Shown here piece by piece: positions 1 through 8,086 of a stretch of 64,000 nt of DNA. The notes under the pieces are model-generated. The model saw only the letters and a list, made by a program, of their open reading frames with translations, had not been told where the DNA came from and ran no database searches. The DNA is from Minisyncoccota bacterium (GTDB taxonomy: Bacteria; Patescibacteriota; Minisyncoccia; UBA6257; GWB1-50-10), in NCBI GenBank assembly GCA_041665265.1, contig JBAYJE010000003.1, positions 1,424-65,423 on the forward strand, read 5' to 3'. A program made the position numbers and the translations under genes. Positions within the stretch are counted from its first letter, which is position 1. The number at the start of each line of letters is the position of its first letter.

Positions 1-2147
1 AGTCTTGTAAGGAAATAATCCAAATTGTGTCGTAATCCCATTCCAACATTCGGATCGCCCATTTCAAGCAATGAATACTCAGGTATTGTATCCAAGAGAT
101 AAGTAATTATTTCCTTTGCGATATCATTTGGCAGCTCTCGTGCGTTATTTACTAATATGCGCCACAGTCTTTCTCTTGGGTATTCGCCTTCCGTATAAGC
201 AAATTTTGGATCTTCAAATGCTAAAGCGACAGTCGATGTTTTGTTAATAATCTTTTCTCTCCAAGTCATGTAAAACCGATGCTGTCCGATATCCGCAGGC
301 TTCGATAGATTTACGATCAAGTCTAAATACGTTTCGAGATTTCTTCCGTTAGTCCAACCACCATTGAAACAAGCGAGTGATGTGCGCACATCCTCTGGTA
401 CGCTGTCTATACGAGCGTAGTTATTGCTTCGCGGAAAATCTTCTCCAATTGCCTTGAGCCTCACGTCAACATTAAATACTTGATCCAGAAGAAAACGTTG
501 ATGACTGTCTTTCGGAAAGAGATCAAGATATTCCTTGTAGTAGGTTGAGTTTTTGTAAGTAGAGTCGCTAAAGGACGAACGTTGTTGACTATTAGTATCT
601 TCAGGATAGCCATCCTCGTGCGGTAAGACGAGTGAAAAGAATCCACGTCCGCCTTTTGTTTCAGTATCATATATTTTACGAAAAACGCTGGGGTAATGAA
701 TGTAAATCAGTAATAGATTTATAAGATCTCTTTTGTCGAAATCGCTGTTTTGAAAGTTGGTGTTTTGAAGATCAAACATCAAAACTGTATTGATAAGACG
801 TTTTAGTTTTCTTACGTCTCCTATAAAGGGGAGGTAGCGGTGATACGTGGGTGATTTATAGATATCAAGCAGGCCACCAACGGCTTGGCGCATTGGCAGC
901 GGATCGACAAGGCTAGTAGTTAGAGTTTTTTCAAGATTGTCGGATACATATTTTGCTAGATCTGCTCTCTCCAGGTAGAGACTTATTTTTATATTCACAA
1001 ACTTTTCCAGGAATTCGCCAACCTTTTCTATATCAGGAGTTTCGGCTTCCAAGATGCCGATGTTCTCGGTATCGTAGCAAATGACATACGAGACATTAGG
1101 AAATGCAAAGCTCTTTCTAATAACAAACAATATATCTTTTATTTCAGCGAAGCTGATTCGATCGAGGTCATCGATGACAATTACTACCTTTTTGGGAAAA
1201 CGTTTTAGGACTGCGCCCAGGTCATCGCAAGCTTCATCGGCAGTATAATCAACCGCCAATGTCGGCAGAGTTAATCCAAATAAAGAAAACCTTCCTATCT
1301 CCTTAAGAAGTCGAGCATACTTAGAAATCAACGGCTTTATTTCTGGTATAAAGGAATCCTTCTGGATGGCGTGAATGAGACCATCAATAAAAATCTCAAG
1401 TAGGTTCGCAGTACCCAAATAACGCAAAGGGCTGAATTTATATATCACAACCTCTTCCTTGTACTTTTCATCCCAATATTCTTTACAGAAATTAATAAAA
1501 GTTGATTTACCAATACCCCAGGGCGCATCTACTCCAAACACAAAGCTTTCAGGCGATCCGCCATTATAGACCTGTTCAGCAAATCTCTCCGCCTTTTCTG
1601 AGAAATTAAGCAAGTCCGCTTCTTTCTTTTCCAGTTCCTTATCAACAACAAACGAAGAAGCTGTTTGCTTCTCTTTCAAAATCAGTACTAGTTGTCTGAG
1701 CATTACGAGGACTCCCAAAATGAACGGGCCGGAAACTATGGTGAGTGCTTGGGTAATGTTCAGAGACGAAACAATGCGTACATCCCAGGTTGAGAGAAAA
1801 CCTCCCCAAGCAATACTCAACCAAATTCCAAAGCCGAGAGCTGCAAGGACATCGATGCGACCGCTTCTAAGTATCTTCTTAAGATCAGAAAAAATACCCC
1901 TCGCCAGCAGATATACAATCAAGAGAATAATGCCGAGTATGGAAAATAGTAGAGCCTTACTTTCGTAATTGTTTAAAATAACCCATTGATTAATCTTGTC
2001 CGAGAGTAGGATTGATATATGCCATATCTCGGCGGTCAAAACACCAAGAAAAGCCGTTTTGGTCAGCATTACAAGATTCGCTGTGACAATCCGAAAGTCG
2101 GACAGAGATTCTTTCAGCTTGATGATGGGTTTTTTAATATTTGGCAT
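1..2147 (-). CDS. KAP-family P-loop NTPase with N-terminal transmembrane segments (3' end runs off the window)
   Basis: Manual translation from ATG at 2147 (MPNIKKPIIKLKES...) is open to base 1; Walker A variant FGVDAPWGIGKST, Walker B VIDDLDR, later FLEKFVN and GDVRKLKRLIN motifs. Absent from the ORF track because it has no stop in the window. Confidence 0.85.
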   Translation of the reverse strand, partial: MPNIKKPIIKLKESLSDFRIVTANLVMLTKTAFLGVLTAEIWHISILLSDKINQWVILNNYESKALLFSILGIILLIVYLLARGIFSDLKKILRSGRIDVLAALGFGIWLSIAWGGFLSTWDVRIVSSLNITQALTIVSGPFILGVLVMLRQLVLILKEKQTASSFVVDKELEKKEADLLNFSEKAERFAEQVYNGGSPESFVFGVDAPWGIGKSTFINFCKEYWDEKYKEEVVIYKFSPLRYLGTANLLEIFIDGLIHAIQKDSFIPEIKPLISKYARLLKEIGRFSLFGLTLPTLAVDYTADEACDDLGAVLKRFPKKVVIVIDDLDRISFAEIKDILFVIRKSFAFPNVSYVICYDTENIGILEAETPDIEKVGEFLEKFVNIKISLYLERADLAKYVSDNLEKTLTTSLVDPLPMRQAVGGLLDIYKSPTYHRYLPFIGDVRKLKRLINTVLMFDLQNTNFQNSDFDKRDLINLLLIYIHYPSVFRKIYDTETKGGRGFFSLVLPHEDGYPEDTNSQQRSSFSDSTYKNSTYYKEYLDLFPKDSHQRFLLDQVFNVDVRLKAIGEDFPRSNNYARIDSVPEDVRTSLACFNGGWTNGRNLETYLDLIVNLSKPADIGQHRFYMTWREKIINKTSTVALAFEDPKFAYTEGEYPRERLWRILVNNARELPNDIAKEIITYLLDTIPEYSLLEMGDPNVGMGLRHNLDYFLTR

Positions 2148-2160
2148 AATGAATACGCTA

Positions 2161-2206
2161 ATTATCCACCTTTTAGATTGATATGTAAAGAATTGTAAAG
2201 TATAAT
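2161..2206. promoter_or_regulatory. Back-to-back sigma70 promoters with a TGTAAAG direct repeat
   Basis: Plus strand TTGATA(2178)-17-TATAAT(2201); minus strand TTTACA(2189)-17-GATAAT(2166); TGTAAAG at 2184-2190 and 2194-2200. Confidence 0.65.
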
Positions 2207-2218
2207 GAGTGTGTGGAT

Positions 2219-2398
2219 ATGAATAAAAATAATGAGTTTTACAGAGCAGAAGATCTGGCCCAGAAATTAAAGGTCAATATTATGACCATTTACAGATATA
2301 TTAAAAGTCGCAAATTAAAGGCTTACAAAATAGGAAAAGAGTTTAGAATTGATAAGAAAGAATTTGAGTCTTTTTTAGATAAAGCAAAAACTAATTAA
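2219..2398 (+). CDS. Excisionase/MerR-like helix-turn-helix DNA-binding protein
   Basis: FYRAEDLAQKLKVNIMTIYRYIKSRKLKAYKIGKEFRI matches the HTH_17/Xis pattern. Confidence 0.85.
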   Translation: MNKNNEFYRAEDLAQKLKVNIMTIYRYIKSRKLKAYKIGKEFRIDKKEFESFLDKAKTN

Positions 2399-2400
2399 AT

Positions 2401-3105
2401 ATGACCAACAAAGAAGACGAAATTATTGACCCAGTGGAAGCCGTGGATGAGGTTGAACTCAACGCTGCCACAGCGACAGCTTCCCCGGAGGAAAAAATAA
2501 GAATTCTCGCCGATAAGTATGCTGTCGCACTTAAGGGCAAAATAGATGAACGAGTAAGTGTAATGAAAAGCGATGACAATTCTCACTACCTCATTTATAG
2601 AGTTTTAGGTATCTCAGAAAAAGAGGGTGAGCTGATAGACGTCTATCAAAATAAGGGTCGTTTCTTGTATAAATACGCTGGCTCTTTCCTTGAAGCAGCT
2701 GCGATCCTTTGCTTCAAGGAAAAGTTTCCAGAAGCGCAAGCAAAACTTCGAATTCCAAATACTATAGGACAACGCCCCGCAACCTTCGAGATTGATTGTT
2801 TGATAGAAAATGATGCGTATGAGATCAAATGGAGAGACGCAACTACCGATGGGGATCATATCACCAAAGAGCATACGCGTTTGAAAAATATTAATAACGC
2901 TCACTATCGGCCTATAAGAGTGATGTTTTATTATCCAAACAGAGAACAAGCAATTAGGATACAACAAACCTTAAAGACACTTTATCTTGGTTTTAAGGGT
3001 GAATACTATTTTGGTGATGAAGCGTGGGAGCATATACATACAAAAACAGGAATTGATCTAAAGGGTATCTTAATCAAGATAGCTGAAGAACGAAACGGAA
3101 AATAA
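2401..3105 (+). CDS. Type II restriction endonuclease, ApaLI-like family
   Basis: YQNKGRFLYKYAGSFLE and EIDCL...AYEIKWRDATTDGDH (PD-(D/E)xK-type); adjacent to an MTase. Confidence 0.8.
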   Translation: MTNKEDEIIDPVEAVDEVELNAATATASPEEKIRILADKYAVALKGKIDERVSVMKSDDNSHYLIYRVLGISEKEGELIDVYQNKGRFLYKYAGSFLEAAAILCFKEKFPEAQAKLRIPNTIGQRPATFEIDCLIENDAYEIKWRDATTDGDHITKEHTRLKNINNAHYRPIRVMFYYPNREQAIRIQQTLKTLYLGFKGEYYFGDEAWEHIHTKTGIDLKGILIKIAEERNGK

Positions 3106-3107
3106 TT

Positions 3108-4289
3108 ATGCAATTAGAGAATCAAATCATAAAAGGAGATTGTCTCGATGTCCTCAAAAGGGTTGAAGATCAATCCGTAGATTTGATTTACCTTGATCCT
3201 CCTTTCTTTACACAAAGGCGGCACTCACAGAAGACCAGAGATAACGCGAAAGAATATGCATTTGAAGATGTATGGGATGACATACATCAATACACCTCTT
3301 ATCTGGAATCAAGGATGAGAGAGAGCCGGAGAGTTTTAAAAGACAGCGGAAGTCTTTTTCTTCATTGTGATAAGAAAGCAGTGCATCACCTTCGGGTAAT
3401 GCTTGATAAAGTGTTTGGAGAAGAAAATTTTAGAAGTGAAATTATTTGGACTTATAGACGATGGTCTAACTCAAAGGAAGGGCTTTTGAACGCTCACCAA
3501 AATATTTTATTTTATTCAAAAACTGCCAAGTTCAAATTTAATAAGATACTAACTGATTATTCACCTACAACGAATTTAGACCAGATACTGCAGGCCCGTG
3601 AACGTAATGGACATAACAAGTCTGTGTACAAAAGGGATGTGAATGGAGAAGTTGTATTAGGCAAAGAAAAACTAGGGGTACCTCTTTCTGATGTATGGGA
3701 TATACCATTTTTAAATCCTAAAGCCGAAGAAAGAGTTGGATATCCCACTCAGAAACCAGTGATTTTGTTAGAGAAAATAATCTCCCTGGCTTCACATGAG
3801 GGAGATGTGATCCTCGATCCGTTTTGTGGTAGTGGCACTACGCTTGTTGCAGCCCTACTATTAGGCAGAAAGTATATCGGGATCGACACCTCGAAAGAGG
3901 CGGTTGAACTAACGAAAAAACGATTACTAAACCCTATCAAAACAGAATCTCACTTACTTAGAAGAGGTAAAGACGCCTATATAAATAAAGATGAGTCGAT
4001 ACGAACAATATTATTCCAAATGGATGCAAACGTTGTACAGAGAAACAAAGGAATAGATGGATTCCTCAAACAACATTATAAAGGCAGGCCAGTTGCAGTG
4101 TATATTCAAAGACCCGAACAATCCTTCTCAGATGCCTTATCTCTTTTAAAGAAAGCGAGTGATAAAAAGGGGGTTATCAGAAAAGTCTTAGTTAGAACCA
4201 ATGTGCCATCAGGTATCGCTGTTAAAATTGATAGCGAACTTCAAAATGAAGACATAGTAATAATCGATCACCCTCAGCATGTGATGTGA
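3108..4289 (+). CDS. Site-specific N4/N6 DNA methyltransferase (beta class)
   Basis: DLIYLDPPF catalytic motif N-terminal to GYPTQKP and the LDPFCGSGTT SAM-binding motif. Confidence 0.92.
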   Translation: MQLENQIIKGDCLDVLKRVEDQSVDLIYLDPPFFTQRRHSQKTRDNAKEYAFEDVWDDIHQYTSYLESRMRESRRVLKDSGSLFLHCDKKAVHHLRVMLDKVFGEENFRSEIIWTYRRWSNSKEGLLNAHQNILFYSKTAKFKFNKILTDYSPTTNLDQILQARERNGHNKSVYKRDVNGEVVLGKEKLGVPLSDVWDIPFLNPKAEERVGYPTQKPVILLEKIISLASHEGDVILDPFCGSGTTLVAALLLGRKYIGIDTSKEAVELTKKRLLNPIKTESHLLRRGKDAYINKDESIRTILFQMDANVVQRNKGIDGFLKQHYKGRPVAVYIQRPEQSFSDALSLLKKASDKKGVIRKVLVRTNVPSGIAVKIDSELQNEDIVIIDHPQHVM

Positions 4290-4299
4290 ATAACTTCAT

Positions 4300-4329
4300 T
4301 TGACGACTTATTACCAAACCCGCTAAAAT
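4300..4329 (+). promoter_or_regulatory. sigma70 promoter for the structured leader RNA
   Basis: TTGACG(4300-4305)-18 nt-TAAAAT(4324-4329). Confidence 0.6.
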
Positions 4330-4335
4330 ATAAAT

Positions 4336-4580
4336 ATCAGAGTTAGTTAGTCTGACGGCGACTGAATCTCTTCAGTCTAAACGTGACGGGGCTACGACTT
4401 CTGTTATCAAACCTTTTCGCATGTGCGGATCGGAGCTTGATGACAAGAGTCGTGGCCCCTTTTTCGTTTTCTAACTAACTCCCGATAAATTCCCTCTGAG
4501 GCTAAGGTGCCCTGAAGATGTAACGACGAATTAGAAGAACCAGACAAGGCTAGTCCCCGACGGGGCCTGGCTTTTATTTT
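4336..4580 (+). ncRNA. Unclassified structured RNA/leader ending in an intrinsic terminator
   Basis: Stem GAGTTAGTTAG(4340-4350)/CTAACTAACTC(4471-4481); hairpin GACTGAA/TTCAGTC (4360-4377); 23-bp stem 4388-4410/4437-4459 with G-U pairs; terminator 4547-4580. Confidence 0.6.
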
Positions 4581-4612
4581 ATTAACCAATTAATCAATAA
4601 CAAAAAAACAAT

Positions 4613-4813
4613 ATGTTACCCAACGAAGCAGTGCAGGAGTTTAAAGAGCTTTACGAAAAACGCTATGGAGTGAAGTTGTCCGATGTCGAAGCAACGCTCA
4701 GAGCCAATAACCTTTTTAAGCTCTATAAGATCACCTATATGGGTGAGCCATCAGTAGATGATTTCAAAGAAAAATTGAATACAAGTCATGATCTCAAGCC
4801 AGACAACAATTAG
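4613..4813 (+). CDS. Small helical hypothetical protein
   Basis: 66-aa ORF directly after the leader terminator, first gene of an overlapping three-gene unit. Confidence 0.7.
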   Translation: MLPNEAVQEFKELYEKRYGVKLSDVEATLRANNLFKLYKITYMGEPSVDDFKEKLNTSHDLKPDNN

Positions 4814-5096
4814 CGAAATTCAGTTCTACCCGGTTAAACCCCAAGATGGCCTACTTGGGTTTGTTTCGTTTGTCCTGGACGGCAAATTCTGGATGGGATC
4901 GGTAGCGGTGTTCACCCGCAAAGACGGCGGGTATCGGCTCGTATACCCCACGCGCAAAGTGGCCGGGCAGAATGTGAACATTTTCCATCCGATTAATCAG
5001 GCCGTTGGCCAACAGGTCGAAGCAGTTATCAGTGAAAAAGTAGCAGAAATATTTAGTGAACAATATGGAACAACCGAACCAGAAAACTCGTGGTAA
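4788..5096 (+). CDS. SpoVG-family nucleic-acid-binding protein
   Basis: ISEIQFYPVKPQDGLLGFVSFVLDGKF...LVYPTRK...IFHPIN pattern of SpoVG-like proteins. Confidence 0.7.
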   Translation: MISSQTTISEIQFYPVKPQDGLLGFVSFVLDGKFWMGSVAVFTRKDGGYRLVYPTRKVAGQNVNIFHPINQAVGQQVEAVISEKVAEIFSEQYGTTEPENSW

Positions 5097-5472
5097 GAAC
5101 TTAAACTTCTTTCCGGCCCCGCATACGCCGTTCGACAACGACCGGCTGCGCGCCTTGCTCAGTCACGCCGAGCGGGATTTTTTAATGGTGCTTTGTCATC
5201 TCTCCAATCGCTTTGCTGATAAGGACGGCTGGTTTTGGCATACCGATGCTCCGTTCACCGGACAGAGTGGAAGGATTCGGGGACTTACGTCATATGGCTT
5301 TGGTACGACCACCTGCAAACGCGTCAGAAAGAAACTACTTTCGCTTGGCCTGATCGAAACAAAAGGAAACCCACACAAGCGCGGCCGAACCGGTGGCACC
5401 GTTTATCGGATCAACAAAGAAATGTTGGGAATGGCTATAGACCATAGTGGGCCTAAGAACAGACCACCATGA
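5065..5472 (+). CDS. Winged-HTH protein, putative replication initiator
   Basis: LSHAERDFLMVLCHLSNRF...GFGTTTCKRVRKKLLSLGLIE...TVYRIN resembles N-terminal domains of phage/plasmid initiators; iteron-like repeats at its 3' end. Confidence 0.55.
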   Translation: MEQPNQKTRGKNLNFFPAPHTPFDNDRLRALLSHAERDFLMVLCHLSNRFADKDGWFWHTDAPFTGQSGRIRGLTSYGFGTTTCKRVRKKLLSLGLIETKGNPHKRGRTGGTVYRINKEMLGMAIDHSGPKNRPP

Positions 5473-5560
5473 TACTTACCTTCAGACCACTAAGGTCTCC
5501 CTAGTAAGAAAGAGGAATTAAGAATTAAAAGTAAGATTAGTTGTAAATAACAACAGCAAA
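5439..5560. repeat. Three AGACCA iteron-like repeats followed by an A-rich tract (putative origin)
   Basis: AGACCA at 5439, 5461 and 5484 (22-23 bp period); third copy is the palindrome AGACC-N5-GGTCT; A-rich 5505-5560. Confidence 0.45.
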
Positions 5561-5697
5561 AGCTGTCCAATGTTGAAAGGTTCGGGGGTTGGGCAACTCT
5601 TGGGCAAAACTTGGGTGGATTTTGAGGATGTTTGACTTCATCCAAGCATTAGCAGATGTTGTACCTAGACCAATAAAAATTAACGAAAAATAACCAT

Positions 5698-6429
5698 ATG
5701 ACAAAAAATATAAGAATTACAGCAGTAATCGCCATTGTAGCGATCATTGGGGTGACTTACGGGATTTACACCCTTTCAGGACACAAAGCCCCGCGTGAGG
5801 GCAATGTTGCGCCCGTAGAAGGAACGGTAAGCCAGGCCGAACTAGACCGGGCAACCGCTTCCCTCAAAAGCGCAATTAACGTAGCTGATCAACTTTCCGG
5901 CACCACCGGCACAAGCTTCACCTTTCAGGCACAGCCGACCTATGGCCACTACGGGAACTTCGGTCTCGTAAAGTATGTGAACCAAGTTAAGGGCGTGGGG
6001 CTGGTTGATGAGACAGCCGTCACATTTCACGGCGAGACTGACAATGACAATGCCGAGGTCGATTCGAAAACCGGCCAAGTCATCTCTTTTCACCGATCCA
6101 TTGACCACACCAACCCCGGAAAAGAAAAAACTCAAGCGGAAATAGAAACCACTATGCGGATATTCCTCAATGAGGTGTACCCGGACTTTAAGCAGGTCGA
6201 GCCGACACTGACATTCAGTCCCGGTATAAAAGGCGTTCGCCTTAACAATGGCAATTACTTCTTTGACTGGGAGGATAACGACTACCAGAAGCAGCTGCCC
6301 GAAGGGGTTGAGACAGAACGTGCTCCGTTCATCCAGGTCGGTATTACTTCAAGCGGATATATCTTCAGCTACAACAACACGATTGATATTTACCGCAATG
6401 CGCTAAAAGAATTTAATCTCACCCAATAA
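5698..6429 (+). CDS. Membrane-anchored/secreted hypothetical protein (PepSY/YcdB-like repeats possible)
   Basis: N-terminal hydrophobic helix; AEVDSKTGQVISF and QVGITSSGYIFSY motifs. Confidence 0.7.
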   Translation: MTKNIRITAVIAIVAIIGVTYGIYTLSGHKAPREGNVAPVEGTVSQAELDRATASLKSAINVADQLSGTTGTSFTFQAQPTYGHYGNFGLVKYVNQVKGVGLVDETAVTFHGETDNDNAEVDSKTGQVISFHRSIDHTNPGKEKTQAEIETTMRIFLNEVYPDFKQVEPTLTFSPGIKGVRLNNGNYFFDWEDNDYQKQLPEGVETERAPFIQVGITSSGYIFSYNNTIDIYRNALKEFNLTQ

Positions 6430-6431
6430 CT

Positions 6432-8045
6432 ATGCACCAGGAAGTATCACAAAAACTTAAATACTTCCTCTACGCAAGAAAGTCCTCTGAACAGGAGGAC
6501 AGACAAGTCGCTTCGATTGATTCGCAAATAGATTTTTTGAAAGATTTAGCAAAGCGTGAACACCTCGAGATCGTAGAGGTACTAACTGAATCCAAAAGTG
6601 CCAAAGCCCCGGGTAGGCCAATCTTTAACCAGATGACCGATCGGATTGAAAAGGGCGAAGCGCACGGCGTTATCTGCTGGAAGATAGACCGCCTAGCCCG
6701 CAATCCGGTGGACGGCGGTAAAGTGCAGTGGCTTTTACAAAGCAGCATTATCAAGCACATCAAGACCTTTGAGAGAAGCTATTACCCGTCTGATAATGTG
6801 CTCCTCATTAGCGTGGAGCTGGGCATGGCCAACCAATACATCCGTGACTTGGCCATCAATTCCCAGCGTGGAGTCAAAACCAAAGCAGCAACCGGCTGGT
6901 TCCCGGCCCCAGCTCCGATCGGATATTTGAACATAGCCGACAACGAATCAGGCATGAAAATTATCGGGAATGATCCGAAGCGTTTTGATCTGGTAAAAAA
7001 GATGTTTGAGCTGATGCTCACCGGTAATTATTCAGTACCGCGCATTCTTAAAATTGCTAACGGCGACTGGAGTTTCAGGATGCCGAGCGGACAGCCGATT
7101 GCCCGGAGCACGCTGTATAAACTTCTGACTGAGCCGTTTTATTACGGCCGGTATCAGTGGCCCAAAAAAGGCGGCATCTGGTACCAGGGCAAGCACGAAC
7201 CGATGATCACCGAAGAACAGTTTGACCGCATTCAGGAACTGCTGGGCCGAAAAGGAAAACCGCGCCCCAAAGTCCACGAATTTGCCTATACCGGCATGAT
7301 CCGCTGCGGTGAATGTGGTTGCCTCATCACGGCCGAAGAAAAGACTAAGCGTAATCAGAATGGCAACGTACATCACTACACTTACTATCACTGCACCAAA
7401 CGAAAAGGCCCCTGCACCCAAAGATGCGTCGAAGTAAAAGCCCTCGAGGTAGAAATCCAGAAAGCCCTTGCCACGATCGAGATACCGGAAGAATTTCACG
7501 ACTGGGCCATGAACTGGCTCCGGGTTGAGAACGCAAAAGAATCAGTTGACCGGAATACTATCCTGGCCACCCAGCAGAGAACGTATGAAGCATGTCTGAG
7601 AAAAATTGACCGGCTCATCGACATGAGAGCAGCCGGAGAAATAAGCGAAGAAGAATTTATAACAAAGAAAAATGAAAGTTTGAAAGAGAAAGCAAAACTT
7701 CAGGCACTGCTCAAAGCGACAGATGAACGAGCAGACAGCTGGCTTCAGACAGCAGAGCAAATACTTATATTCGCACAGGATGCACGGGAAAAGTTCGCCG
7801 GAGGCACACTTTCGGCAAAGCGCACGGTACTTTCAGCCCTTGGTTCGAACCTCCTGCTAAAAGACAAAAAACTCAATGGTGAACTGGATAAAGCCTTGTT
7901 ACCGCTGCAAAGGATCGCAGAAGCCGTCCGCGAGCATGCAAGACGGTTCGAACCTCTAACAAATCCAAGAAACAAACTGACATTCGAGGAACTTTGCATG
8001 CAAAGTCCAAACTGGCTGCGGGACCTGGATTCGAACCAAGATTGA
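6432..8045 (+). CDS. Large serine recombinase (resolvase + recombinase + zinc ribbon + coiled coil)
   Basis: YARKSS catalytic Ser motif, WKIDRLARN, CGECG...YYHC zinc ribbon, C-terminal coiled coil. Confidence 0.95.
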   Translation: MHQEVSQKLKYFLYARKSSEQEDRQVASIDSQIDFLKDLAKREHLEIVEVLTESKSAKAPGRPIFNQMTDRIEKGEAHGVICWKIDRLARNPVDGGKVQWLLQSSIIKHIKTFERSYYPSDNVLLISVELGMANQYIRDLAINSQRGVKTKAATGWFPAPAPIGYLNIADNESGMKIIGNDPKRFDLVKKMFELMLTGNYSVPRILKIANGDWSFRMPSGQPIARSTLYKLLTEPFYYGRYQWPKKGGIWYQGKHEPMITEEQFDRIQELLGRKGKPRPKVHEFAYTGMIRCGECGCLITAEEKTKRNQNGNVHHYTYYHCTKRKGPCTQRCVEVKALEVEIQKALATIEIPEEFHDWAMNWLRVENAKESVDRNTILATQQRTYEACLRKIDRLIDMRAAGEISEEEFITKKNESLKEKAKLQALLKATDERADSWLQTAEQILIFAQDAREKFAGGTLSAKRTVLSALGSNLLLKDKKLNGELDKALLPLQRIAEAVREHARRFEPLTNPRNKLTFEELCMQSPNWLRDLDSNQD

Positions 8046-8086
8046 CGGATTCAGAGTCCGCTGTCCTACCATTAGACGATCCCGCA
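8013..8086 (-). tRNA. tRNA-Gln(CTG), CCA encoded
   Basis: TGCGGGA/TCCCGCA acceptor stem, anticodon loop CTCTGAA, T-loop TTCGAAT, 3' GCCA. Confidence 0.95.

Larger units (their letters stand above)
1..8086. mobile_element. Right arm of a tRNA-Gln-integrated element (large serine recombinase, defence cargo); left boundary is outside the window
   Basis: Serine recombinase gene runs into the tRNA-Gln 3' half; cargo is R-M plus KAP NTPase; 4600-8000 is visibly more GC-rich than the flanking chromosome; housekeeping genes resume after 8086. Confidence 0.85.

Noticed and set aside
461-2181. Short ORF-track entries in 461-2181
   Set aside because: All overlap the long minus-strand KAP NTPase frame
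4336-4481. Firm call as a retron msr-msd
   Set aside because: Layout is similar but no reverse transcriptase (YADD-type motif) is encoded nearby; kept only as a hypothesis
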